From positions 136,270 to 200,269 of the forward strand of contig NMRA01000522.1 in the NCBI GenBank assembly GCA_002633005.1: a stretch of DNA of 64,000 bases, read 5' to 3'. Position 1 is the first letter of the stretch, and every line of letters begins with the position of its first letter. The notes beneath the pieces are model-generated. The model did not search any database. It saw nothing but the letters and a program-made list of their open reading frames with translations, and was not told where the DNA came from. This document shows, one piece after another, positions 27,319 through 40,835 of the stretch. A program made the translations under genes and the position numbers. Origin of the DNA: Phoronis australis (Eukaryota; Animalia; Phoronida).

Positions 27319-27699
27319 TTAAGTCTAAGACTTGTCTCAACTTTCTAACTTTGAAACTTCCACATCATATAAGTGAGTAAAAATTAAGAGAAAATTAAGT
27401 CAAAAACTGAAGTCAAACATAAGATCTCTTTCTTGAAACGAACTTGAAACAATTTTTATCTTAAAATTCACTGACAATAAGATTTGTCTTAGCTAAGTCA
27501 GTTTTCTGTCTTCAAGGGGCATCGCAAAATGAGTTGCTATAACAGGCGCTCTTGTCAGCACATGTCAAGCACTTTGACGGACTAATAGCAGAGCTCTAAG
27601 CTATAAGATTTTGCAAGAGATGAACAATATATAGTATTTATATCTGTGCCACTGTAAAATTATTATTTTACTAGAGACTGTGTACGTTGGGCTTATAGT

Positions 27700-28500
27700 C
27701 TTGAATATTTGAAACACATAAAAATCTGTTTTTGGCTACACTAAGATTAAAAACCGGACGATCCCGCACAAATAAAAAAGTTCATGTTCAATTCAACGTT
27801 TCGTCTTTTCATTAGGTATCATCAGGATAATATTACAACAATTTGGGACAACAAGTGCCAACATACAGCTCAGGTAATATCCATAGAGTGAAGTGAGAGA
27901 TACACAGAATATAGTCAGTAGCTGGTCATCACCATAGATGCAGGGTCACTGAGCTCTGCATGTTATTCAGAGAATCAGTGGCATGCTGGATCTGAATGGC
28001 CAATGACTCTTTAATGTACAGTAATTCCTTATTAAGTTCTCTGCAGATAATACTAACAGAGTTGGCTTGGTGATTGTAGTTAATACAATGCCTAATTTTT
28101 TATATAACATTGACCAAGAGAGTGCGAGTTATTCTATTTTTTTTGTACGCGCATGCAAAGTTTTAATTCACTGGCGAGGTTATCATCCACAAAAGTTCTA
28201 TACTAATACTCTCAAGTAAGTTAATGTGTTTTAACTTCACCATAGTGTTATTGTTCTTTTGACGCATTCAACAAAACCTGTTATAAATGCCATAGAAGCG
28301 TCATGGTAAACATCTGCTCGTCTACTCAAGTTTGCGTCAAGACGATATATAATGCAGGTACAAAACAATTCACCAGCAAAACGTGTTTTCCAGAAAAACA
28401 ATTTCTTGCACAACTTTGCTCTCGAATAAACCTTCAGTCTACGAGCCACCATGTTAACATTCGTTTGCATATAGGTAGTCGCAAGTTTTCTTAAAAAATT
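27700..28500 (-). mobile_element. Penelope-like retroelement 3' fragment (GIY-YIG remnant and pLTR)
   Basis: IIYRL..(G)*TSRCL..RF and HCINYNHQANSVSIICRELNKELLYIKESLAI, followed by a hammerhead-like core. Confidence 0.65.
27794..27826 (-). ncRNA. Minimal hammerhead ribozyme-like motif (degenerate stem II)
   Basis: CCTGATGA-TACCTAATGAAAAGAC-GAAACGTTG just downstream of the Penelope endonuclease remnant. Confidence 0.5.
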
Positions 28501-28894
28501 GTGTTTTAGTAACCTGTGGCTGCAAGGTTATGGCCGGTGGTGCAGTGTGCAGGGCACTGTAACTGCAAGGCAGCTTCCTGCCGTTTCATAAGACGGGCCC
28601 TATGCTTACAGCTTACTAGATGGTCGGTCAAGCGTAAATAATAACACACATTTCCAAGTTGATGGCCATACCCAAATACACTAACCCAGCAGTCAGGGGA
28701 ATTTTACAGAAATTTCGGCATACAAGCAGACGCCCTCACCTGTCTACAAAGAACCAGAGTAAACAATGTAGGGTATCTTCGACTGCGCTCAGGCCGACTT
28801 TTTGTGCTTCTGGACGAGGGCATTAAGAATGCGAAAAAATTCTGTTAGAGGCTACAACATACCTAACCTGCTCCAAATGACCATCGCACTGGCA

Positions 28895-28995
28895 CCGACG
28901 TCACTGCCGACGACGACACTGCCGCCAAAAACTATGCTATCATTGACGTAGACGATGATGACGACAACAGCGACGACGACGACAATGACGACAGC
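28895..28995. repeat. (GAC)n-rich low-complexity tract
   Basis: Direct reading. Confidence 0.7.
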
Positions 28996-29289
28996 TTAAA
29001 AACATAAATGCTGTGTCGTACAACTAACGCGGAACGAGAAAGCTACATTTCACTTGACTAAGATTTCAACGAAAAGGCAGAATTGACTGCGATGATGAAG
29101 TTCTCAAACCGAAAAACGATTAGTTCAAGCCGACGTCGGACCATAGCTAATCGTTACAGGAAACTGACGACCTCTGATACATTGCTTAGCCTCACCTAAA
29201 ATGTAACAAGTTGTTACATTTTACGTAGTTGTTACATTTCACGTCGAACGCACATGCAAGAAATGTACCATCGTTACATTTTACGAAAC

Positions 29290-29608
29290 CAGTGGCGGAT
29301 TTAGGGGGGAAAGGGGCCATGCCCCCCTAAAATTCTCACAGACTTCATTTGGCTGACTGTCATATGCGCGCACCTAGGGGGTTCAAAGGGCGGAATGAAC
29401 CATGTATAGCCTTGAACAAACCCAGTTTCCCGGTTTTTTTTGGTTTTTTTAGTAGTAGTAAGGTCCAAAACCCAGAAGGTCAAACCCCTACATTTTAACA
29501 AGTTAGGCTGGGTGTGCGCATGTGGCGAAATTCTGGTTACTCCTGTGCCTGGCCCCCCTAACTCAAAATCTTGTTCCCCCCTAACTTAAAATCCTGGATT
29601 CGCCCCTA
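29290..29608. mobile_element. CAG..CT(G/A) MITE with 5-bp TSD, itself holding a nested CATGCGCGCACC-type MITE (~29361-29522)
   Basis: GAAAC on both flanks; removing the insert plus one GAAAC restores the length of the opposite TIR (CATTTTACGAAAGCGACGTCATAT). Confidence 0.75.
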
Positions 29609-29969
29609 GAAACCCACGTCATATTGCAAAGAAAATGACCAAAATCACGAACAAGTGGTATCCGACACGGCTGGGGGGCACTGGAGTATTTTTAAACGAG
29701 AAGTGCCGCCCGAAAAATTTGAATACCTACCCGTTTAGAGAGTGGGCTCGAACAAAAAGAGACCCATTTAGAGACTAATTTGTGTAAAAATTCACATTTT
29801 CACACACTTCTGTTCCAGAAATTCATAAAAGCCACCTTTTAGATATAGTTTTGTCGAAAACGGTAGAGTATTTTTTCTGTGAAAAAACACCCTTTTGGAC
29901 TGAACTTTTCGTATACATCTTCGATAGGAATGACACGGGCTGACAAGGCATGTATTTGACTACCTATTA

Positions 29970-30095
29970 TCATTTTTATTATTATTACATTACTATCACT
30001 ACTGTTACTACTATTACTACTATTAATACTATTGCTACTATCACTAGTATGACTCGTTAACGTTTTCGTTATCGTTATTATTGTTATTATTAATA
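29970..30095. repeat. (ATT/ACT)n degenerate trinucleotide tract
   Basis: Direct reading. Confidence 0.8.
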
Positions 30096-32410
30096 TTTTT
30101 AACTGAGAACACAATACATGTTTAGCAAAGTACTAATACATCATGGTTCCCAGAGATTTTAAAATCATCTCATTTTTGGTTCAATGTTCTCATCGGGCTT
30201 TCCATACTGGACGGCGAGTGCTGTTCCGATATTATGAGGAACGTCTTGACAGCTGTGGATGCAGAATAGGCCTACTTTTTGGAAAAGAGGAGGCTGAGAT
30301 TCAAAATCTTGTTTAGGCGTGTACCAACTTCAAAAATTGATTATTTCTGAACTGTCGGCAAGCACTGTATTAGTATATCCATCTGTAGTTTGCCACGAAG
30401 AACTGAATTCAGACCGCAATATTGCCTGTAACTTGTTGAAAACATCCATTGTCAAAGAACTGGGGATCGTTCCACGCTGATGTGTAAGTTCAAAAATTGC
30501 TTTAAGTTGAACTCTGGAGGCAGACATTTTTCGAGAACTAACGACTAGTCGGCTGCGATCATCGGGCCATTAGAATAGCTGGTAACGGACATGCAAAACA
30601 CGCAGCGATTTTATGTGGAATGAGGCCCAATATTCTTAGAAAAGCACAGTGATTTAACAGTATGATTTGAACAAGGTTTCATTGAAATTGGATTGCATGG
30701 AACAAAAACCGCCAACGTCGAAGTCAGCGATGTTTAATATGAGCATTCAATGCAATGCATCAAAAGAATTAATATACCAAATTCCCTTATCTGCGAGCTG
30801 TAACACAAAATGTGGCGCCTCTTGAGACACGTGACTTCACGTCCATTAATAACAGAATGTCCAATCTTTGTCCTTATTTATATGTACTTCGAACTAACGA
30901 CCATTGACTAAATAGTAATTTTAATTCACATTTTATCTTAAAAGATAATGGAAAGAGAAAGTGCATGTTTTTATAGTCCGAAAGGCCGACAGTCAGCTTT
31001 TTGGACTATTGCCCCTTTAAACTATCGACATAGATTTTCTGTTTCCCCAGCTAGGCATCCCATTTTTACGTATACACGTCACGGCTTGACCTGTTATTAC
31101 CACCACTATTTCAGACAAGCTTGACATCATAGGAACAATGATATTTCTTTCGTTACTATGCCGCCGCTTTTTAAGCTAGTGGCTCACCCTTCTCAAAGGC
31201 GATATTTTGCTGTTGCTTTGGCAAAATCTGCCAACCTGCCGGCAAATAAATGTGTGCTTTTATTTCCTTCCACCACAATGTCTTTAAGAAATTGTCATTC
31301 GTAGCTAAGGTGGTAGACAGCACCCGCTGGCATCTGAAACTGGTTTTTCTCCTTTTGTGTGAAGCAGGGCAATTACTGCATTAGCGATGACTCCAAGGCC
31401 GAAATAAACCAAACTATCGTGGACTAACACTGGTGTTTTTTCTATCAAGTTGGCTTCCGAAATTGAATTCTCCATGAAAAATTTTGTTATTGTCGTTCGT
31501 TCCAGGGGAAATACGATAATATTAGCCAAATACGATGTCATTGTTGTTCTTACCAAGGGAAGTGTGTTTACTGTAATGTCGGATACAAATTGGTTTATGA
31601 GCGCCAACAAGAAATTGCAAGAACGCTTTAACGATAAAAAACTTGTTACCTGATTTTGGAAACTCCTTTCGTGTGGAGTTGAAACTGTACGCTGTACATT
31701 TTTGACTATACCACAAAACTACTCATGTTAACATGCCATGGAAAGTACATAGGGACACATCTATAGTCTACCTGGCACATTTGATAGAATTTCATTCACA
31801 CAATTTGAGAAAGAAGGCGTTAAGTGAACGGTTTTTCTCCGTTTTGACAAATACCATGCAAACTTATGAAATATGACGTCGCTTTCGTAAAATGTAACAA
31901 TGGTACATTTCTCGCATGTGCATTCGACGTAAATTGTAACAATTTCAGAAAATGAAACAATTTGTTACGTTTTAGGAGAGGCCTAGCAACGTAAAATGTA
32001 ACAACGGCATAAAATGTAACAAGTGTTACATTTTACGAAATTGTTACATTTTACGGCGTATCAGACCTCCTTGTAGCAGGCGGTCTTGATGAGGTCTATT
32101 CTCACACCGAGCTATAAGAAATCTCGATAAATCGTGGCGAAAAATGGACGACATACGCCACATTTCAGATGAATCTACCAAAGGACCGTAGAACTAGAAC
32201 TTAACGTCAGAGCAACATACTTGGTGACTTTCATTCCCGAACCGCCAAGTAATATATAATTACATTAATTAAAAGTTAGGCACTGGTGAAGGCGGTGTGA
32301 TCAGTTGCTTCACCAATGTTTTGCCGAGTGTAGAACTTTGTTCCAAGCATACGAACGGAACGGAATAAAGGCTGTTAATAACGAAAAGTGTCGTGTGTTA
32401 AATCAATTTT

Positions 32411-32411
<1 letters not shown>

Positions 32412-32450
<39 letters not shown>
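32412..32450. repeat. (CA)n microsatellite
   Basis: Pure CA run. Confidence 0.97.
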
Positions 32451-32451
<1 letters not shown>

Positions 32452-32559
32452 ACTCTAGGAAAAGCATCCACCATGATCAAGATCATACTAGAGGAACCAA
32501 AGGAGTTTATAGCTCATATACTTGAGTTTTACAAATTCTCAGTTTTTAAATTTATTTCA

Positions 32560-34740
32560 ACACTGTAATATTCTTAAACTTCTGTTTTCAATAGTTCAAT
32601 ACATGGAATATGACAATAAGTGTGATATTTGCCGAAAATTAGTATTAGATTTAAAACATTTTAAGGATTTTAATAAGTACCATAGTCAAGCTGAACAGGT
32701 TTGATTTCTTTGTCTTTTTGATGCCGTCTTCGGTGGAAGAAATACTGTTACCATCAAGAAGATTGGAATTGTACCAAAGTGGTTCATAAGGAATATTTTC
32801 TGTCTTTATAGAAGCCTATTCAGAGCCTTAACCTATACTAATATTACTTCTTTGCAAAATTGATCAGAAATACGTTGGGACCAGTTTCCAGAGAAGGCGA
32901 AATTAAAAAATGGCTATGGATATTAAGGAAAATACATGGACAAAGAATGATTACTTATACGTCATTACTAGATAGGGCTAACTTCTGAAACCATGAAACT
33001 TAACAAAAATCTGGGTTAAAATAGTTCTTCTAATTTTATCTGCCATCTCACAAAAATTTACAAAAGCATTTGGGTTATGGATTGTAATGGAGAAGACAAT
33101 GCAATAAAGAGAATGACTGACTTAGCGATCATGAATGACGTAGTTACTGTTACTTTTCCCAACGGGGATAAGGACCGTTTGGACCATGAAATAAGGTTAC
33201 TTTGGATTTCGTTGATTTTCTCTTCATAATTCAGGCCAATGAATTTGGAAACGGGCCCAGTCCAAAATGGGAATTTTTCCATGTCAGTTTTCGTTTCGTA
33301 CACAGACGTGTGTCGTTGCGTTTTATATCTTCCGTCCATACTCAGTCGGATTTTCCATATTTGGTTTCAACCCCGAGAATGATAGAAGTGGTCCAAAAGA
33401 TCGAGATATTGTTTTCAAAGAATCATTAGATCCATCCAGAGTTAAAACAGTGTCGTCGGTATATCACACAATCTTATGAAACATGTTCCCAATGAAGATA
33501 TACCTAATTTCCTGATTTTGCATAAAGATTAAAGCCATTACTTCAGCACATGGAATGAAAAGATATGGAGAGAGTTGATCTCCTTGTCATCATCCGCGAC
33601 CGATTTCAAAATATTCAGAAGTGAAGTTATGCTGGATCACGAACCCATTTTACAAAGTTCTCCCCAAATTTGAAAAAATCACGAACATTATACATATATA
33701 CATTATGTATGTATACACTATACACATATACATTATACATATATACATTATGTATGTATACACTATACATATATACATTATACATATATACATTATGTAT
33801 GTATACACTATACACATATACATTATACATATACACATATATACATTTTAATATATTTCCATGAAATTGAATTAAAAGCATTTTCAAAGTCTACAAGAAT
33901 GCCAGGTACACTGAACTCTTCAGCATAATGCATCAGATCGTAAATGTTTCGAGTGTTGTCGCCAACGTATCTACCTTCAATAAATCCTTTCTGATTTTCA
34001 AATACTATGGTACTAATTAAGCGATTTGCAAGACAACCAGAGGACAAAACCTCATAACTAGTATTAAGAATTGAAATGGAATGATAACCAGTAACTAGAT
34101 ATTTTTTAGGTTTCTTGCCCTTTGGCAAAAGAAATATCACTCCTCGATTTTGACTAGTAGGCAGACGGTCTTTAAGAAAGCTGTTGTTGACTGATCGAAC
34201 CAAGAATACCGAGAGATAATGCTAAAAGAATTTGAAAATAATTGTAGAGAAGCCATCTGGACCTGGAAATTTGTTGTTTTTCATGTTTCTTATTACTCAC
34301 AGTGTCTGATATTGATGGGCCGTCCAGTCGAGAGCTGATCCTGGTATTTAGCTGTGAACAGCGTTGTCAGGAATTATATCATTTAAATTAAATAAGCTTT
34401 GTTCAAAAGATTGTCTTCACTCAAATATAGCGTTTCGTAGACACTATATATTTCTGATAACAATTGAGTTTGATCCATAATAACTTCCTCATCCCAGGTA
34501 GTTAATTTAATTGTATTCTTATTCATAAAATTTCCTATTTCAGGGTTACCAAAATATTTTGACGGTTCTCGCCGTTCTCTATCCACCACAAGTTCTTGCA
34601 AAGCTTGTCGTAGACTACGAAATTCACCAAAACCGCTTCTCGAAAGTTTCGTCAAAAACAGGGGATCTTCCATTTTGAACAAGATCAATTAATGTATCAA
34701 TTTGAGTTTCCAAACTTTTCACACCAATGTCTGTATCTCT
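32560..34740 (-). mobile_element. L1/Tx1-clade LINE ORF2 relic (reverse transcriptase)
   Basis: EPSKYF..YETLY, MKNNKFPGPDGF, LLPKGKKP..SISILNTSY, NQKGFIEGRYVGDN, LVDFENAFNSISW, GDQLSPYLF, YTDDT, WSKRSLSPLGKVTV. Many stops and frameshifts. Confidence 0.9.
33686..33845. repeat. 45-bp minisatellite (~3.5 near-identical units) inside the LINE RT
   Basis: Unit CATTATACATATATACATTATGTATGTATACACTATACACATATA. Confidence 0.92.
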
Positions 34741-36295
34741 TTTAAATAGTTTAATGTACATTAACAGTGCTGGAAAATCCCCTGCAAGGTTGGTTACATG
34801 TACTTATTGATGAGTGTACGTGATTTTTGCTCTTTATAATGTACAAAATAATAATAGCCAGCATGTCGTTGCCATGGGAAAACTGAATCTTTCGTCAGTC
34901 TGGTAGCCAAACGTTATTGTCATCCAGCCATAGGCTAACTATGGAATAATGAGCATGTTTCTTTCATAACGAAGTCTGAAGTCATGAGCTCAAAACTGTG
35001 AGTGCCGATCACAACAACTTTCATGGGAGAGGATACATGAGATTCAATCACTGAACAGAAACAATAAACAGTCTTATAATCAATTATGGAGATCAGTTTC
35101 TACCAAATTATCTTTTCCTCCAAGCTGCAGTACATTTCACTACATTATTTATCAATCGTAGGTCGCAAAAATTCATCAATTTCATAAATTTATCTTTGTC
35201 GGGGCAAGATCGAGACAAAAACATGAAGAAATATTCTTTATTCAGAGTACAAACTGCAGACGCAGACCAAGTGGTACTTGTCCACACTCAAATGATTGTC
35301 CTCATAAAAGGGACACGTGCAAAATTTTCTATCATTCTGTGCAGGTCGGCCCTATTCAATTTTAGGTTTACGTTTTGAACACTTTAGTCTCGCCATTTAA
35401 GTAATTAAAATGCGTGGTACTGGTACATTTCTATGCACAAATCAGCTGTTCTGTTCCCTTGTTTGTCACTCTTAAAGATGACGATGGATTAAATAAATGT
35501 CAGCTGCGAAACTTATGCAAACACTTAGATTTACGATAAGAAACAATCGCAAACTAAGGCGTTTTCATTATTTAAAGCTTCATTTTGCCCTGTTTAGCTG
35601 GCTATAAACGAAATTCGTATTCGTCTGTTTACTCCATTGAAAACGATGTCGTAATGTTCCTTATCGTTATTAACATGCAAATGCCTACATGCGCCATTTT
35701 CGATTTCGCAACTTTAGGTAAAGTAAACTCTAACGGGTTTTCTTGAGTCGCTGATGACTTCTTGTTGATTGCTCTTGTTGATGCGTAAATAGAATCCTAT
35801 CACTGTGAGAAATATGAGACCTAAAAGACCTAATTCTAGTAGTGCAAAACTACAATGACGAAAAAACAAATAAATTTTGCTCTAAAACTGAACTCTATAG
35901 ATTAGAATAATGACATTTTCTGAATTTCTCACGAATTCTACCGCAGTTTAAAACATAACGCTAAGACGTGTTGTTTATAAATGATAAAATGAACCAAAGT
36001 GACAGGTGAATCCACGAACAAGCATTTTTAGAGTAGGCTGAAAATCGTTAGGTAAGTGGATGATCAGTTACCACCGTAAATCATTATCACAGTGGAAATT
36101 ACGGCCTTAATAGTGAGCGAAAGCTCGCTTAATGATTACACATAATAGTGGGCGAAAGCACGCTTAATGGTTACGTAAAAGGCGGAAGTTGTCTTGCGAC
36201 CAATAACACTAAGCTTGGAAAATTCATGTTCTAGCTCACCGCCATCAACCCATTGAGTGAGCGTGCTCGGTTGACGCAATTTCCGGATTTAGTCC

Positions 36296-36915
36296 TAAGA
36301 CCACGGTACAGGAACTTGTAGCTCCCACAAAAATAAATAAAATGGGATGGGTCGGGTTTGACGGCACTTTTGTGACCTACATGGTAAGTGATTGCCGCCT
36401 ATGGTTTTTCAGTAGTGCCTTGAAGTTGTTTTCAGTGAGTAAACCGAGTTCAAAAATGTGGCTTGTGCTCTTGTCTACTAGGATACGGAAGTGCCGCCAT
36501 TTTGAGAGCACATACTTGTTGAATTCTTGGGGGAATCCAGGTGCCCTTCAGACAAGTAGAAATTGTCGAATATCTGGCTGGTAATGACATATTCTAACTT
36601 GAATTTGAAGAATCTAGAGTGAAAGATCATTTGGATGATGTTCTCTTTTCTTCCACCGGGAATTTCTGATTTTAAGTAAAATATGCCCAAATCGAACTTT
36701 TTGGGCATTTTTGACATCTCGACTTTTTCACAATGGATATAGCAAGGTAAAAAGACATGGCTTTGTTGAATTTCTTTTTTTGAGAAACCCCATAACGTGT
36801 ACTTTCTGTCAGATATGCCTTTATTTCAGGCGTCCGAGCCAGCTTTGAAAACAAGGGCTTTGATTGACCCAGGCCAGTGATAAGGTCAAAATCAGTCACT
36901 GGTACTGGGGTCTTA
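36296..36915. mobile_element. Academ-like non-autonomous element with 4-bp TSD
   Basis: GTCC|TAAGACCACGGTAC ... GTACTGGGGTCTTA|GTCC. Confidence 0.7.
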
Positions 36916-37568
36916 GTCCTTTAATAAAAAGGTAAAAAGTGAATTTTGTAGCTATTGTGAGGGTTTATCATTTTTGAAAATCTTTTTATACTCTCGCATC
37001 AGTGGGGTGTTTTCTTCTGACTTAGGTATTGAAATATTTCTTAAAAAGCCCTAGTAAACAGCTTACCTGCAACTGCGATTTTTGGCTCGCTATAACCGTA
37101 CTGTCAGGCCCGGTGTTGTTCGTTTTTATTCCAGAGGAAATCAAACGCTGTGGCAATTTACTGACACGATGTGAGTATTTCTGACAGATATCATGTAATT
37201 TTGACAAGTTACAAATAATATGAATTTCAGCATTGCATTTCTGCATGACGTACACCTCATTGACATGCCATTGTGTGTGTGCGGGGAGGACGGGGGGAGG
37301 GGGTAAACATGCGGGCTACTTATGCGACCAAATTTCCTGTAGCCAGGAATTGGCGTTACTAATATTAAAACTGAACACAATGAGTCAACTAATTCAGAGT
37401 GTCTTAAATGAGTGATTCCCCGTGTCTCAATATTTCTTTAATGCAATTTACCATATATATCCTTTTAAGGATTTCAAAAAATCTTTTTTTGAGTTTTGCT
37501 GTTTTATAGTAGTATCAAGTCAGGAACAACCAACTGCGCATTTTAACATTTTCTTTGTTTTTAAGGTC

Positions 37569-37920
37569 TAAGACCACGTAACAGGTCCTTGTAGCTCCCC
37601 AAAAATGAAAAATGGGGTGGCTCGGATTTGACGTCAGTTTTGTGAACTAAATGGGGAGTGATTGCCACAAACAGTATTTAGTGGATCCTTGAAGTTGTTC
37701 TAAGTATATTGACAACAGAAATTTGGCCTGTGCTCTTGTCAACTAGGATACGAAAGTGCACGCATTTTCAGGGTACATCCTTGTTGAATCTTGAATCCTT
37801 GGCGCGAATCCAGGTACCCAACAGACAGGTGAAAATTGTCAAAAATGTGGCAGCTACTGACACATTTTAACCTAAATTTCTAGAATTTAGAGTAAAAGAG
37901 CATTCGGATGATGGTCTCAT
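37569..37920. mobile_element. Second, truncated copy of the 36296 element
   Basis: Colinear with 36296-36650 from TAAGACCAC onward. Confidence 0.75.
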
Positions 37921-38929
37921 CGTGGGCTTGTGAAAACCTTGATTGCTCTCAAGTTTCATAACAAAGTCAATTTTTTTCTTTCATGCAAATCGAGAAATTT
38001 TTACGTTGAATTCTCAATATTACTAAAAATAAGTAGAGACTCTTTTCATTCAACGGCCCTATTTTAAGTCACTATTTAAAATTTATTGTCAATTTTAGTG
38101 GCCCATTTCTTGATTGAAATTCTGAAAGATTAAACATAAATTCTACACTCGACGAATTTTCATAAGTCAAGGCCACTGATTTAACTTTGGTTTTTCATTT
38201 CGAGTGTTTCCAAAGACAACATGTTCTCCCAAGGTTTTGCTTAGATAATTCCCGTGAATCACGTTTTCTCGGCTTCCTACGTGATGCACCAGGTAACAGC
38301 AGGAAATTGACCCCTGTTATTGTTTATACCTCATTTGCTTTATGATAACATTTCTGAAGATACTTGTAAGGCAATGTGAAGGTCACCACTGAAGCAGGGG
38401 GTCCAGGGTTAAAACATTTGAAAATGTGCCTGACAGCTGACGAAAAAAAATAAACTGAACGCCAGCGCAGGTAGCAAATTTTTGTTTATAAACTCGAAGT
38501 CGAATTTGGAAACAAAAAGATTGCCAGTGTAGACCGCGCTTTATCGATTTATTACGCATTCACTCGAATCTATTCAAAATACCAAACGGACAAACGTTAA
38601 TCCTTGTTTACTTCGTTTCTGCAAGGCCCACAATGCAGAAATTTTGGTAAGTGAATCCACATCAGGGAAAATGAAACTGATCAATTTCGACTGAAGCATG
38701 GTGACTAAGCGTTAGTGACTTGTATATTGTAACTTCTGTATGTTTTGTATATGTAAGACTGTTCATTTGGGAACAAAATTTATTGGTAGATCTATTCGGA
38801 TATCACAATGGTGGTCGCGCACCCATTTTCTGGTGTCTCCTTTCAATTCGCCTTGGAACTGTGAGTGGAGAAAGGCGCTCCATCTTTCATAAAAGAGAGC
38901 TCACTCATTCATTCTGTGTTTATTAATGG

Positions 38930-40230
38930 CGCTGTTCTGCTGAAGCACGACTTTAAGGCAGTTTCATGACAAAAGTATTTCTTCTCTCGAAAATTTTTTC
39001 CTTGAATCATTCACTTTAACCGAGCTTCTCATTGCTAGTTCTGCACTCACCGATATTTACATGGCGGGTGTACATCCTGGGCATCTGACCAGACGTCTGC
39101 GGCCACGTCAATCACTTGATTTGCGAAAAGATCTTGTTTTTAAACCGACAGCTCGGAGCACTTAGCACAGATGAACGAGGTGCGAACATTTCTCACAAGA
39201 AATTACGATTAAGACTCCAGTATAGCCGGCCTCAGGTGTCTGCACTCTGAGTGTGGCCACTCCACAGGGTTCAAAATTGCGCTCAGTAGATTATTCGAGG
39301 TACCGGTCGAAAATGATCAACAATCGTACCGTACTGAGCACCGACTGGCCCATGATCGCCAAACCAATTGCTCGATTCTGCCGCCGCTGCCACTCATGGG
39401 TGAGCTGTCATCCGGTAGCCGCTAGTTGTTCCAGCGTTTGAACACACATACATGTACTTTCCCCCCAGGCTTAGCAGTAGTTAAGGTTGGGTACCGGTAT
39501 ACGGCGGGCAGCATTCTGTAAGTAGCCAGCACAGTTTCCTCAATTTTTACCCATCCTCTGTGTCCAAGCGTCCATGTTGATGGGTATGACCTGTCTCGCG
39601 CTTTTTATTGCCCATCTCTCCAGAGATAATTATTTTTACCTATTCCATTTTGCCTCCATATTTTTGTACTTCTATTTTGTCATAGCGACTGACCTTCAAC
39701 ATTTCGCCAACCTGGTCGTCTCCTTAACACTTCTAGCCAGCTTGTGACGCATATTTTTTATCTTTGGTACATATGACGATCATAAATTGTGTTTCACTCT
39801 TTAAACATATTTAAGTGTGCATATGGATCCTTCTTATCACCCCTTCTACGTTTTAGACCGGTCCACTAATTCCTTTGTGACGGATTATATGACATTTATT
39901 CCCATCCTCACGTGCCATGAGTGGTCAGCTGTCGGACTGATGGTTGTCACGTGCTTAGTATTTCCTTTGTTTGTAAACTCAGGTTTCAATCAGTTTTCTT
40001 GTGTACCCACCCACTAGTCTCCTACTCTTTTGGCAGTTTCTTGTCCTTTTGTGTTACGATTAGTATTGCCCATCTTATTATTTTTACATATTATCTATTA
40101 TTTTCACCCATAGTCTGTGTACTTATACTTTGTCATAATAAATGACCTTATTTCGCCAACCTCGATCTCCTGTACGTCTTTGAAAACAAGCTTGTGACGC
40201 ACATTTTCAACTTTGGTACAAGATCATAAA
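38930..40230 (+). mobile_element. Element with tandemly repeated 3' unit (Penelope-like pLTR, tentative), copy A
   Basis: ~39660-39787 is repeated at ~40120-40230; homologous to the reverse complement of 41982-42960. Upstream frame YILGI*PDV..LICEKILFLNRQLGALSTDERGANI weakly resembles a GIY-YIG C-terminus. Confidence 0.5.
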
Positions 40231-40835
40231 AGGTCTCCCTAACTATTCAGTAAAAGTGCCAAATTTTCATTAATTTGTCAAAGGGATAGCATCGGTTTTA
40301 CGGCCAAAAACTCATTTTTGAGATAATTGTAGGATAGGATAGACTTTTTGAAGTTATTAGCTTTGACCAGAGTAATAAAACAACAAAATCCGTGATTTTT
40401 TGCGATTTTATTACAAATCACTGTTGTCTGTAAGATATTCTTTGACATCAAGGCCGGTGGTTTTACCACTTAAATATTTAAATAATCTTGCTTTTATTGG
40501 GTGGGGCTTGCCACACTACTTCTACCGGGGAACGATAGTCTGCATCCACGGGGATCCAATTTCAGTTCTATTCTGTGATGAAGATGGTCTCAGAAAAATA
40601 AGTTACTTTTCTCGCCGTCAAATGATGTAAAAATGAATTTGCTAGTCACGGCGCAAGCAGTACTGGCAGTGGGGCTGTCTGCCTCAACTATACATGTGAG
40701 CTGACAGCTCACGCCAACTGAAGGTGTGAATAATTATACGAATTGGATGAACTAGGCTAGCCGCAGGTCAGCTCAACTATGATTCACTTGGGCAGCCCAC
40801 TGAGTTCCTAGCAGCAGTTGGGGCCAAATGATACA

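Larger units (their letters stand above)
24898..27510. mobile_element. Harbinger-like MITE split by a Kolobok-like insertion
   Basis: 24898-24940 plus 27323-27510 reconstitute the uninterrupted element at 46219-46470. Confidence 0.7.
29175..32063. mobile_element. DNA transposon with TG..CA termini, AAAATGTAAC subterminal repeats and 6-bp TSD (IS3EU-like, tentative)
   Basis: GACCTC|TGATAC ... GTATCA|GACCTC; long inverted repeats at 29183-29289 (continuing after the MITE) and ~31870-32063; the left TIR has an internal deletion. Confidence 0.75.

Noticed and set aside
28530-28640. tRNA gene or SINE head (GGCCGGTGGTGCAGTG..)
   Set aside because: A-box-like start only; no B box or cloverleaf.
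33621-33887. Tyr/Ile/Met-rich ORFs on both strands
   Set aside because: Translations of the minisatellite.
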